64,000 bases of DNA, from the NCBI RefSeq assembly GCF_006345805.1, contig NC_043003.1:8928001-8992000 (forward strand), written 5' to 3'. Of this stretch, positions 24,147 through 36,260 are shown piece after piece; the stretch's first letter is position 1; every line of letters starts with the position of its first letter. The position numbers and the translations under genes were made by a program. Origin of the DNA: Octopus sinensis. Taxonomy: Eukaryota. The notes beneath the pieces were generated by a model. It saw only the letters and a list, made by a program, of their open reading frames with translations. It searched no databases and was not told where the DNA came from.

Positions 24147-25194
24147 AACTTCATTGGCTTACAGCTGTTTCTGCTGCTATACAGACATGCACACACATAT
24201 ATAGGCATGGCTTCTTGGATACAGCGCTTACTTAATAACCAAATGGCTTTGGCTTCTACCTCAATGCTTGAAACTTTGTGTGTCTTCTACATACAGCCTT
24301 GGACCAACAAATGCTTTATGAGCGAAATTCTAGGTACACATGTATGCACACAGACACACACACACACATATATATAGGTGCTGGCGTAGCTGTGTGGTAA
24401 GAAGATTGTTTTCCAACAACAAGGTTCCAGGTTCAGTCACATTGGTTAACACCTTGGCCATCAGTAGTATGTAAAAGTGTGAATGGCTGCACACTAGGCA
24501 TCAGCACTTTCAACAAGTCACTCTGTGTACCTTCACTTTTTATGAAGATCATCCTGAAAAAGGAAACGGAGGAAAAAACTAAAATTCTTTGGCCTTCGCA
24601 TGTCAAATATAACAAGAGCCCTTCATATACATATATATATATGCACACACATACATATACAGACAGACACACGTACACAGAAACACACACCAGAATGGAA
24701 AACAGAAAAATGTGAAGCTTTTCCTAATCTTTTGTTACATATGCAAATATAAATTTACCAGCAGAATTAATCACATGACCACTTGTACTCAGATTTAGTG
24801 CAAAGCTTCAAGTCATTTGCCAAAAAAAAAAAAAAAAAATTTTTTTTAAATCAAGTTTTGTTTTTTTTAACAAACACACTGGAGAGTTTAGACATCCACA
24901 CATTACCTTCCCCACGTGCATGGGTAAAGATGCATTGGTTTGAAAAGGCAGAGCAGTTTGTGTATTTTGCAAAGCAGGCAAATACTTGCAAAGGAAATAA
25001 GTGAGATGCACCGTTTGCCTCTTTCATTTCTATTTTAATGTTGCTCAAAGGGAAGCCACTTCTAGCTACTTTAGAAAGGCAGTCACAAAATAACATGTTT
25101 AATTGCAGTTCAGGCTGGAATTTTAGTGGCATACCAAACTGAACACTCAGAATGCATATCTATTAGTCTGGGTCACCCTGACGAAAACTCTTCA

Positions 25195-25580
25195 TGGGTG
25201 TGGCTGTGTGGTAAGAAACTTGCTTTCCAACTACATGGTTCCGGGTTCAGTCCCACTGCACGGCACCTTTGGCTAGTGTCTTCTACTATAGACTCATGCT
25301 GACCAAAGCCTTGTGAGTGGATTTGGTAGATGAAAACTGGAAGAAGCCCATCGTATATATAAATATATATTTGTGTGTCTGTGGTTGTCCCCCCAACATC
25401 GCTTGACAATCGATGCTGGTGTGTTTATGTCTCCATAACTTACTTTGGCAAAAGAGACTGATAAGATAAGTACTAGGCTTACAAAAAATATGTCCTGGGG
25501 GTCGATTTGCTCGACTAAAGGTGGTATACTCCAGCATGGCCACAGTCAAATGACTGAAACAAGTAAAAGAGTAAAAAGAG
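25195..25580 (+). mobile_element. SINE A
   Basis: Head to tail, CpG-decayed. Confidence 0.88.
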
Positions 25581-25751
25581 AGATATATCATCAACATCAT
25601 TTAATATCTGTTTTTAATGCTGGCAGGGGTTGGATGGTTTGGCAGGAGCTGGTAACACTCCCCCAAACCCTGGAACTATTGAATGAAGTCCCCACTACCA
25701 GATGCAGTTTAAAGTCATACCCTGGACATACACATATACATTATTGCATAT

Positions 25752-26092
25752 TCTGAGACCCCCTTCGGTCACGACACAGACCATGGGATTGCACCTAGAA
25801 AGTTACCCTCCCAGGCACAAGTCCGGGCAAGGTTGTTTATGGAAGACCAGCAGTCACCCATGCATACCAGCCTCCCCTCTCCACGCCACTGATGTTATCC
25901 AAGGGAAAGGCAAAGGGGCCAATACAGCTTGGCACCTGTGACGTCGCAACTCATTTCTACAGCCGAGTGAACTGGAGCGACGTGAAATAAAGTGTCTTGC
26001 TCAAGAACACAACACGCAGCCCGGTCCGGGATTCGAACTCACAACCTCATGATTGTAAGCTTGATGCTCTAACCACTGAGCCATGCACCTTC
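25752..26092 (-). mobile_element. SINE family E (tRNA-like head), full length
   Basis: Head GGCTCAGTGGTTAGAGC...GAGTTCGAATCCC, then TTGAGCAAGACACTTT and CCAGTTCACTC.GCTGTAGAAATGAG. Probable TSD ACATTA(T/G)TGCATAT at ~25739 and ~26093. Resembles octopus OK-type SINEs (recognition, unverified). Confidence 0.85.
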
Positions 26093-26437
26093 ACATTAGT
26101 GCATATATATATATATATGCATTAATACACACACACACGAATACATATCTACACATATGTATATATATATATATACTTATATACACACACATATTTATGC
26201 ACAATGTGCCAAGTGTCAAACATGAGAAATATTTCATGATGCATGTCAATGCCAATGACACCAACCTTTCTGATTGTCTTGCAATGACATATTAGCCACC
26301 CCCCCCCCCCCCACACCCACCCCTGCTCCTTCCAACCTCCACCTGATGTATGGTTGCAACGTTTTGACACATATGGTGGAATCTTTCCTCTCTTGTATTG
26401 ATAAAGATGTCATAACAGAAAAAAGAGAAAGAAGCAC

Positions 26438-26468
<31 letters not shown>

Positions 26469-26526
26469 AAAAAAACAAACTGTTAATGAGTTTGCATTTG
26501 CATGTAAAAAAGCATTTAATTGCACA

Positions 26527-26915
26527 TAGGTGCAGATGTGGCAGTGTGGCTGATAAGCTTTTCAACCACCTGGTTCTGGGTTCAATCCCACTGCGCGGCA
26601 CCTTGGGCAAGTGTCTTCTACTATAGCCTCGGGCTGACCAAAGCCTTGTGAGTGGATTTGGTAGATGGAAACTGAAAGAGCCCATTGTATGTGTGTGTGT
26701 GAGTATATCTGATGTAAACACACCCCACCACTTGACAACTGGTGTTGGTTTGTTTACATCCACGTAACTTAGCAGTTTAGCAAAAGAGACAGATAAAATA
26801 AGTACCTGGCTTTAAAAAGAAAAAGTACAGGAGTTGATTCCTTTGACTAAAAATTCTTTAAGGCTCTGCCCCAGTATGGCCACAGTCCTATGACTGAAAC
26901 GAGGAACAAATAAAG
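26527..26915 (+). mobile_element. SINE A (CpG-decayed)
   Basis: Head to tail match. Confidence 0.85.
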
Positions 26916-27135
26916 AATAAAGGTTTTTATGTTACATGTATTATATGCACACACACGATTTTAGCTGGTATGTGATGTCTGTGCATAAATTAAATATAGG
27001 TAGTAATTTTTTAAAGCAGATTATTTATATGCTAATATATTCATATGCAAATCATATATGTAAATTCTATGCATGTCTGTACGTACATATAAAGGAAAAA
27101 TATGTCGACATATTCATACAGTACATTATTTATGT

Positions 27136-27300
27136 TATTTACATTTGACGGATATTTGTCCTCATCTTGTTTGTTGTCAACACAACGTTTTGGCTGGTAT
27201 ACCCTCCAGCCTTCTCCAGGTGTCTTGGGGAAATTTTGAACCTGGGTTCTCATTCCTAAGGTATTTTTCGATGAGGACAAATATCTGTCAAATGTAAATA
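27136..27300. mobile_element. 165-bp element with 31-bp terminal inverted repeats
   Basis: TATTTACATTTGAC(G/A)GATATTTGTCCTCATC at both ends, 30/31 identical. Confidence 0.9.
27179..27224 (-). ncRNA. decayed minimal hammerhead motif
   Basis: Minus strand: GACAC-CTGGAGA-A-GGCTGG(agggtata)CCAGCC-AAAAC-GTT-GTGTT. Perfect 6-bp stem II, 5-bp stem I and palindromic AACGTT stem III. The core has substitutions relative to CUGANGA/GAAA. Confidence 0.6.
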
Positions 27301-27382
27301 ATGTAAATACTCATACAGTGTTTCATTCTGATCAGATTTTTCTTTCAGATGCATCTAAACACATCACTCTTTTGTTTTTTTC

Positions 27383-27690
27383 ACGTAAAAAGCACCATCC
27401 GAATCGTGGCCGAAGCCAGTGCCGCCTCGACTGGCTTCCATGCCGGTGGCACGTAAAATGCACCAATCCGACCGTGGCCATTGCCAGCCTCGCCTGGCAC
27501 CTGTGCGGGTGGCACGTAGAAAGCACCCACTACACTCATGGAGTGGTTGGCGTTAGGAAGGGCATCCAACTGCAGAAACATTGCCAGATCAGACTGGGCC
27601 TGGTGCAGCCTTCTGGCTTCCCAGATCCCCGGTCGAACCGTCCAACCCATGCTAGCATGGAGAACGGACGTTAAATGATGATGATGATGA
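27383..27690 (+). mobile_element. family C
   Basis: Near-consensus with upstream sub-repeats. Confidence 0.9.
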
Positions 27691-27830
27691 ATTGCTTTCT
27701 GTCATATAAACACAGAAAGCTGGCCACAGAAACACAAATCCAAACACTTACACATTCATGCGCACACCTGATAAAGCAATCCATTCAAGGGACCAGCCAC
27801 CCATAATGCCTTAAGATAAGTGAGTGAGAT

Positions 27831-28250
27831 ACCTATTTCTTTACTACCCACAAGGGGCTAAACACAGAAGCGACAAACAAAGACAGACAAACGGATTAAG
27901 TCGATTATATCGACCCCAGTGCATAACTGGTACTTATCTAATCGACCCCGAAAGGATGAAAGGCAAAGTCGACCTCGGCGGAATTTGAACTCACAATGTA
28001 GCGGCAGACGAAATACCTATTTCTTTACAACTCACAAGGGGCTAAACACTGAGGGGACAAACAAGGACAAACAAACGGATTAAGTCAATTATGTCAACCC
28101 CAGTGCGTAACTGGTACTTATTTAATTGATCCCGAAAGGATGAAAGATAAAGTCGACCTCGGCAGAATTTGAACCCAGAACGTAGCCACAGACGAGATAC
28201 CGCTAAGTATTTCGCCTGGCGTGCTAACGATTCTGCCAGCTCACTGCCTT
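27831..28250 (-). mobile_element. SINE B, 2-unit concatemer with head
   Basis: Two ~185-bp units plus head. Confidence 0.9.
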
Positions 28251-28252
28251 AA

Positions 28253-28471
28253 CTCTTTAGTGTTTAAACTGGCCAAATCCGGCCCAATATATTCTACATA
28301 TTTTATATTCAAACTGGCCATATCTAGCCTCTCACACCTAACCTACATTGACAGTCTAAAAATAAACAATCACATCATTGAAACCTCAAAGCTATAAGGT
28401 AATGCATGATTAATTCAAAATAATAAAAAAAAAAGCATTACATTTAACAGAGTGATCTGAACACTAAAGGG
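28253..28471. mobile_element. piggyBac-like MITE
   Basis: TTAA at 28249-28252 and 28472-28475 flanks TIRs C(T/C)CTTTAGTGTT / AACACTAAAGGG. Confidence 0.8.
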
Positions 28472-28763
28472 TTAAGTGAGTAAGATACCTTGTTTTTGCT
28501 GGTGGCACTAAGTAACACTTTTAACAGTCAAATCTCTTGAACTGCTCTGTAATACTTATTATTCAAAGACTGTCTGGACAGACAAACAGGCAAACTTTTC
28601 AAACATTCTGCCACACCTAATGTTTTTGCTGTAATGTCAGATTTGAACCTCTTGAAGCAAAATTCACATTACGGACATTACCTTTGTTCAATTTAGTTTA
28701 GACACTGAAAAGGAATGAAAAGAAATCTGAACTTTTAAGTGAATCATTTTTAAAAGGAGTTTT

Positions 28764-29020
28764 ACACTCTCGGAGTGGTTGGCATTAGGAAAGACATGCA
28801 GCTGTAGAAACACTACCAGGTCAGACTGGAGCCTGGTGCAGCCTCCTGGCTTCCCAGACCCCGGTCGAACTGTCCAACTCATGCTAGCATGGAAAACGGA
28901 GCTGTAGAAACACTGCCAGATCAGACTGGAGCCTGGTGCAGCCTCCTGGCTTCCCAGACCCTGGTCGAACAGTCCAACCCAGGCTAGCATGGAAAATGGA
29001 CATTAAACGATGATGATGAT
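28764..29020 (+). mobile_element. family C with ~110-bp internal tandem duplication
   Basis: GCTGTAGAAACACT...CATGGAAAA.GGA occurs twice. Confidence 0.88.
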
Positions 29021-29529
29021 CAACACCGAAATGTCTGGAAATTTGCTATTTCTAGTTATAGGTTACATGTGTGTGTGTGTGCAAGTGTAAAATTTTGTCC
29101 AACATGCTTATTGTGTTTTATTATGCCTCATAACTCTTCCTTCAATGACTGGCCCTCCGGCCCTCCCTCCGTCCCTCCAAGAGTGCATCTGTGTTATGGC
29201 TAAGTAAGGTTTAGCATTTTTAGTCATAATCTGCTCCTAACATCTGTTACGTGTCTGATGACAAAATGAAATATTGTGTTATACTTGGCAGAGTTTGGCC
29301 TTGCGATTAAAAGATCACTGAAGTGTTCGCCAACCTTTGACCAGTTTGGAAGAGATGAGATAGACAGTCAAAACAATTTGTGGAGCTAAAGTGTGTGTAT
29401 GCAACCAGCCGTCCCTTGCAATGTGTAAGCTAATGTGGGCAGATGTAGGGTTGTGGTGGCTATGATGTTGATATGGTAGGATTTGTAGGATTAAGTAGTA
29501 CAGGGAAATATAATCTACATAAATGACAC

Positions 29530-29605
29530 CCCCCGTTGGTCATGAATGACCATGGGATTGCACCGAGAAAGTTACCCTCCAAGGTACAAGTCCAGGCAAG
29601 GTTGT
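29530..29605 (-). mobile_element. SINE E 3' fragment
   Basis: GACCATGGGATTGCACC.AGAAAGTTACCCTCC...GCAAGGTTGTTTATGGAAG matches 25780-25850. Confidence 0.8.
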
Positions 29606-29842
29606 TTATGGAAGGCGAGCTGGCAGAAACGTTAGCACGCCGGACAAAATGCGTAGTCGTATTTCGTCTGTCGTTATGTTGGGGGTTCAAATTCCGCCAA
29701 GGTCGACTTTGCCTTTCATCCTTTCGGGGTCGATAAATTAAGTACCAGTTACGTACTGGAGTCGATATAATCGACTTAATACCTATGCCTATCCTTGTGT
29801 GTCCGCTCTGTGTTTAGCTCCTTGTGGTTAGTAAAGAAATAG
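29603..29842 (+). mobile_element. SINE B, single unit
   Basis: Head to GTAGTAAAGAAATAG. Confidence 0.9.
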
Positions 29843-30106
29843 ATGTGTGTGTGTGTGTATGTGTGTGTGGCAGTGGTATTTGAGAGAGGAGAGATAGCTT
29901 TGTGTTGAGAGGTTAAAAGTATGATTGAAAGACAAGCATAGAGGTGATGCATGGCTTCCCTGCATTATATAAGAGTGGATGAGAGTAGCTGGGAAGAAAG
30001 ATGGCAGTGAAGTGGTAGCAGAGCAAGAGTCTGATAGTATGGATGGCGAGAGAAAGACAAAGTGAGAGCACTTTAAACATGATGATGGTGGAGATATGTG
30101 TGTGTA

Positions 30107-30678
30107 AAGGCAGTGAGCTGGCAGAAACGTTAGTATGCCTGGTGAAATGCGTAGCCGTATTTCGTCTGCCGTTACATTCTGAGTTCGAATTCCGCCGAGG
30201 TCGAATTTGCCTTTCATCCTTTCGGGGTCGATATAATCGACTTAATCCGTTTGTCTGTCCTTGTTTGTCCTCTCTGTGTTTAGCCCCTTGTGGGTAGTAA
30301 AGAAATAGGTATTTTGTCTGCAGTTACGTTCTGAGTTCAAATTCCACCGCGGTCGACTTTGGCTTTCATCCTTTCTTGGTCGATAAATTAAGTACCAGTT
30401 ACATACTGGGGTCGATGTAATCGACTTAATCCATTTGTCTGTCCTTGTTTGTCCTCTCTATGTTTAGCCCCTTGTGGGTAGTAAAGAAATAGGTATTTCA
30501 TCTGCCGTTACGTTCTGAGTTCAAATTCTGCCGAGGTCGAATTTATCTTTCATCCTTTCGGGGTCTATAAATTAAGTACCAGTTACGCACTGGGATCGAT
30601 GTAATCAACTTAATCCGTTTGTCTGTCCTTGTTTGTCCCCTCTATGTTTAGCCCCTTGTGGGTAGTAAAGAAATAGGT
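30107..30678 (+). mobile_element. SINE B, 3-unit concatemer
   Basis: Units restart at 30157, 30309 and 30493. Confidence 0.92.
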
Positions 30679-31130
30679 GGAGATATGTTTGTGTGTGTAA
30701 CTTGGCTGTTCAGAAGAATGTGATCTGTTGTAGTCATAGTAGAAGAGACAAAGAGATGACACGTTATGTTGGTGAGTTAGCTGTAGAGTTTGATAATCTT
30801 AATACAGCTTATTTAGCAGGACATCAGATCAGCAGCTGCAGCAGTAGTGGCTTATGAATATTGCAAAAGATTTGCTTTGTTATTCTTTGTTGTTGTTTTG
30901 TCAAAGATTCTATTTGATCAAAAGTATTATCATCAAAGAACCATAAGTGTTCTACATCAAAAAAAAAGAAAAATAGTTTCACAAACCCAGTTTGCATCAG
31001 TTCTTAGAGCAGGGGAAAAATAGATATTCTAGATACTCTGGCAATAATATCTGCTATGGCACTAGCATTCTGTCTGGCGAAAGATTTTGTCAATCACACA
31101 CTTAACAGCAGAACACTGGAATTAAGCACT

Positions 31131-31296
31131 CACCATTTTCGATGACATAGAAGCCACACTGTTTTTCAAAATAATCACCTTGGGCCCTATGTACAATGTT
31201 GGGCTTCTCATAAGCTAATTTTTTTTTAAACGTTTTGTCTGAAATTGGGGTGCATCTAATATACCCATGTATCTTTTACGCCATCAAATATGGTAC
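31131..31296. mobile_element. degenerate pogo/Tc1-like MITE
   Basis: CACCATTTTCGATGACATAG vs reverse complement of TTTACGCCATCAAATATGGTA. Confidence 0.45.
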
Positions 31297-31547
31297 TAAA
31301 CAATTCCAGAGGGCTGGAGGAGATATTTGCCATTAATATTCATGTCTGCCTGTCTTAAATCTAAACAGTAAATAATGTACACTCTAAAAGAATTAGAGCT
31401 TTTAGCTTTTGATTTACAGGTAAATTGACTGAAAAGTTAGGGCAAAATCAGACAAAATGCCTTGTGGTATTCGCTCCAATTTACCATGTTTTGAATTCAA
31501 ATCCTATCAAAATTGACTTTAAAATTACATCTACCCTGGGGTGGTTG

Positions 31548-31758
31548 CTAGCATTCAGATTACTCTGTCAGATGTAATGTTTGTTGGGTGGGGGGCTAAT
31601 GTTTCCAATCTTGTAGCTTCAAGATTTTGATGATTTGATTGCTTATTTTCAGAATGACATTGTAGGGTAGGTGTGAGAGGCTGAATCTGACCAGTTTTAA
31701 CATAAAACAGGGAGAATATTTGGGCCTGGTATGGCTGGTTTAAATGATAAAGGGTCAA
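31548..31758. mobile_element. piggyBac-like MITE, inverse copy of the 28253 family
   Basis: CAGATTACTCTGTCAGATGTAATG...GTAGGTGTGAGAGGCT...ATAAAGGGTCAA. Left TIR damaged. Confidence 0.65.
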
Positions 31759-31874
31759 AGTATCAGTCAAGTACTGGGTACTACCCTCTCTCCCTCAACT
31801 GTCCCATTTTGGCTGTTCTGTTGGTTTAAAAGTGGGACAGCTGAGAGAGCAATAGTATTTGCTTGTCACTATAC

Positions 31875-32285
31875 AAGCATCGCTCAGTGGTTAGAGCGCC
31901 GAGCTTATGATCGTGAGGTTGTGAGTTCGAATCCTGGACTGGGCTGTATGTTGCGTTCTTGAGCAAGACACTTTATTTCATGTTGCTCCAGTTCACTCAG
32001 CTGTAGAAATGAGTTGCGACGTCACAGGTGCCAAGCTGTATCGGACCCTTTGCCTTTCCCTTGGATAACACTGGTGGCATGGAGAGGAGAGGCCGTCATA
32101 TATATGTGTGTCTGTGTTTGTACCCCAACATTGCTTGACAACCGATGCTGGTGTGTTTACGTCCCCGTCACTTAGCGGTTCAGCAAAAGAGACCAATAGA
32201 ATAAGTCCTGGGGGGATCGATTTGCTTGACTAAAGGCACTGCTCCAGCATGGCTGCAGTCAAATGACTGAAATAAGTGAAAGAAT
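31875..32285 (+). mobile_element. chimera: SINE E 5' part fused to SINE A 3' half
   Basis: E from GCATCGCTCAGTGGTTAGAGC to ~32092, then CCGTCATATATATGTG and the A tail. Confidence 0.8.
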
Positions 32286-32499
32286 AAATGATCAGACATC
32301 GGAATATCGATCAATGTGTCTGAGACAGATTCATTTACTTACTTTTCATGACCGATTCCGAGTCAAGTTATGGGGGATAAAAATCTAAGAATATTCGTAA
32401 GGGATAATATAGTCATTGTTTGAGTAACAACAGCATCAGAAATCATGTCACACACACATTACTATATACTATCTTGAAATAAGGAATTGTAAATATTTG

Positions 32500-32667
32500 G
32501 CAGGAATGGCTGTGTGGTAAGTAGCTTGGTAACCAACCACATGGTTCTGGGTTCAATCCCACTGTGTGGCATCTTGGGCAAGTGTCTTCTGCTATAGCCC
32601 CGGGCTGACCAATGCCTTGTGAGTGGATTTGGTAGACGGAAACTGAAAGAAGCCTGTCGTATATATG

Positions 32668-32700
<33 letters not shown>

Positions 32701-32900
32701 CTGTGTTTGTCCCCCTAGCATTGCTTGACAACCGATGCTGGTGTGTGTTTACGTCCCCGTCACTTAGCGGTTCGGCAAAAGAGACCGATCGAATAAGTAC
32801 TGGGCTTACAAAGAATAAGTCCCGGGGGTCGATTTGCTCGACTAAAGGCGCTGCTCCAGCATGGCCGCAGTCAAAATGACTGAAACAAATAAAAGAGTAA
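32500..32900 (+). mobile_element. SINE A, young
   Basis: Near-consensus. Confidence 0.92.
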
Positions 32901-33237
32901 CTTTCAAACCTGAATTCTACACCGTGAGTAGAAAGTCTGGATCAGTGAAGACGTCTGGGGAGGAGGTGATATCAAGGCTGGGAAATACGGGGGGGGGGGG
33001 GGTGGATATTTAATTAATTTTTAGAACTGAAAATTAGATGGTAACTGCAGCAGTTGTTATTGCTGCATTAGCCAGTGCAGTTGCAGTAGCAGAAGCAGTG
33101 GCAGCAGTTGTTGCGTCTCATGACATGCATATGTTTGCTTAATTTGCCATGCATACAGTGGACGCATGCTGCCGTATGCCAGCCAGCCAGCCAGCCTATC
33201 ACCTTTTTTCTTCCACGACTCCACTCCAACTTTTTAT

Positions 33238-33640
33238 TACTACTCGCAGCATCGCCCGGCGTTGCTCGGGTTTGTTTCGACCCTTTAGAATTGGAATTTT
33301 TGAAAAATAAAAATTCTGCATTATGTAGCTTGTTATTCTCTTTAAGTGAACATTTTTCTGGTTGAAAAACACCGAAAAATGGTAACACAGCAGTTAAAAA
33401 AAATCGTAAAAAATAGGCATTTTCATAGAAAAAAAAGCACCTTTTTGATGTAAATAATTTTTGGTCTTAACATGGTCAGATTTGAATTTTTTCTTCTACG
33501 GAAGGAAGAGCAAGCCTTCTTCTATCATACTCTCAATTTTGGTCAACTTGCGCCGCAGGGTCTCGGAGGAGATAGTGTCAGTTGAAGGCAACCAAACCTG
33601 CCATACACAGACAACTTCAGCTTTATATATAGAGAGATTA
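33238..33640 (+). mobile_element. Helentron/HINE-like non-autonomous element
   Basis: 5' TACT.GCAG.AT.GCCCGGCGTTGCTCGGG hairpin and 3' CTTTATATATAGA. About 90% similar by eye to 53877-54275. Confidence 0.7.
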
Positions 33641-34273
33641 TTATTATTATTATTATTATGTTACGTTCACTTGTTGTGACATGTATGCATGCAAGTGTAT
33701 GCATATGCATGATAGCTCATAAGGCGATCTGAGTGCATGCATGCGTGCATGCAGAATCATGTGCTGCTGTCTCTCTTAATCTATCTTTCTCTCCCCGCTG
33801 CCGCCACCTCCCCCTTTACCATTTTTCTGCAATGTCTGTACACACGGCTTGACTAGATTCTTACACATGCATGAGGCTTAACTGTGACTTTTCATGTATA
33901 AGAGTGTAGTAAAACTGTGTGTATGCGCGTATGTTGTTGTGCATCTGTGTGTGAATGCGGGCGTGGGTTTTTTTGTGTGTGTATGCGTATATATACATGT
34001 GTGTCTGTGTGTGTATGTACTTATTTACCTGCATACATGCTTATATTTGCATCAGATTGCATGCATGAACATGCATCAGTTGCCGTAGATGCGCAGGTGT
34101 GTTTCATGTTGTGTCCATGTGTGCATATTGATTTGTGTGTATACATGTGCTAATGAGTAGCTTTCTGTGTATATGTTTGTGTACAAGATTGAGTATGTAT
34201 ACATCAATTTGTATGCAATATTCTCAGTGTGTGTGTGTGTGTATGTGTGCATACATGTGGAATGTGATGTGTG

Positions 34274-34321
<48 letters not shown>

Positions 34322-34606
34322 TATATACATATATATATACATGTAGTGTTTTTAAAACAGTGTGCTTATTATATTTTTTCAAATAAAATTAAATTAACCA
34401 GGTGTAAACGCTATATACCATGTGTGTGTGTGTGTGTGCGTGCGTGTATGTAGGTGATGCTGTTTAGTCCCAGGACCATTCTCTTTACAGAGTCCTATAA
34501 TCAAAATTAGTCCAGCTATGACCATCCTGTCTCAAAATTCAGGCAGTGTGTTTATAGGAACACATTATCCCGTGAATTCTTTATTCTGTTTTTCACAGGT
34601 GATAGT

Positions 34607-34716
34607 GCATAATTTGAGGGAGATTTACTTACTATTTCTAGCAAACCAAGTAACCACATAGAGCATAATTTGAGGCAGATTTACTTACTATTTCTAGCAA
34701 ACCAAATAACCACATA
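34607..34716. repeat. 55-bp tandem duplication within F fragment
   Basis: GCATAATTTGAGG.AGATTTACTTACTATTTCTAGCAAACCAA.TAACCACATAG occurs twice. Confidence 0.9.
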
Positions 34717-35744
34717 GTCTCCCCTCTTTAGCTTATGTAAATATGCATGTTTACTATGAGTAACTACGTGTGCATATTATGTCAAACTGTTGATATAAGA
34801 GGCAGCAATGTTTATAGTATATCTTTGTGCATGCCTGCACACCTCAAGTTGAGCATGTGGAAGATTGAAATTTTGTGTATTTGTGTGAATACAGACAGAT
34901 GTGTAAAGTATGTGCTTGTGAGTGTGTGAGGGAATGCATACCCGTGGGTGTGTAAGTGTGTGTAAGAGAGAAAGAGGGAGTATGTTAGTGGACTGCTCTA
35001 TTGGCTCAGTATAATAAGTATCGATTCAGAGGTCAGGGTCAAGGTAGCCTTGGCAGCCTCCATTTAAATAATGTATGCAAACAGTACACTTTGGATGCAG
35101 ATGCAGACAGCGATGAAGCATGAGGTGATAGCGGCGGTGGTGACGGCGATGATGCTGGTAGACATAGCGGTGGTGATGGTGGTGGTGTTCCTAGTGACAT
35201 TAGGAATAGTGGTGATGATGCTGGTGGTCTCAGTGGTGGTGGTGATGATGATGATGATGGCTGAGGTATTCATAGACAGGAGTTTTTGTTCTGCTGGAGG
35301 AGGAGGGAAAGGAAGGGTGGGCACAGTCTGTTGAATATTATAGATGCAAAACATTGCCAACATTCTAAAACTCATATGGAGCAGACAGCAGACGCACTGG
35401 TTCAAAGGAATAAATGCATGTTCACTATCCGACAGACACACATGCACACAGCTACATGTTTCTTTGTACATAGATATAATATACTATAAAAGTGTGTGCA
35501 CAAATGCATATACAAATTCTTTCATGTGTGTGCATATGTATACACACACACACACACACACATACACACATATCTAGATTGTTTCATTTATATAGTATAT
35601 TTACACACACACACATATATATACATACATTTCTCTGCATACTCTCATGTATGTAAATATTTTCATATACATACAAGCACACATTTAAAAATACAAACAA
35701 GTACAAAAGAATCATGTATGCATACTTTTTTCTTTTACATATAC

Positions 35745-35906
35745 GAATATATATTTATATATATGGGGTGTGTAAGTATGTAGATATATATATGTGTGTG
35801 TGTGTGTGTGTGTATCATCATCATGATATATATGCATATGTATGTATATATATGTATATATGTGTGTGAGTATATATATAAGTATATATCTATATGTATA
35901 TATATC

Positions 35907-35947
<41 letters not shown>

Positions 35948-36154
35948 ATATATATATATATATATGTGTGTGTGTATATATATATATATGTGTGTGTGTG
36001 TGTATATATATATATATGTGTGTGTGTTGTGTATATATATATATGTGTGTGTGTGGTGTGTGTATATATATAGATATATATGTGTATATATATATATATA
36101 TGTTTATGTAAGTGTATATATGTGTATGTATATGTGTATATATATATATATATA

Positions 36155-36205
<51 letters not shown>

Positions 36206-36260
36206 GTGCATATATATAAGTCTATATTTGTATATGTATGTGTATATAAATATATGTGTG
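35745..36260. repeat. compound (TA)/(TG) microsatellite
   Basis: Direct reading. Confidence 0.95.

Noticed and set aside
29603-30678. CRISPR-like regular repeats (B concatemers, C sub-repeats)
   Set aside because: Units are contiguous SINE/LINE sequence without unique spacers. Eukaryotic context and no cas genes.
31134-31215. Apparent minus-strand exon with GTGAGT donor (YEKPNIVHRAQGDYFEKQCGFYVIEN)
   Set aside because: Coincides with the left end of a pogo-like MITE.
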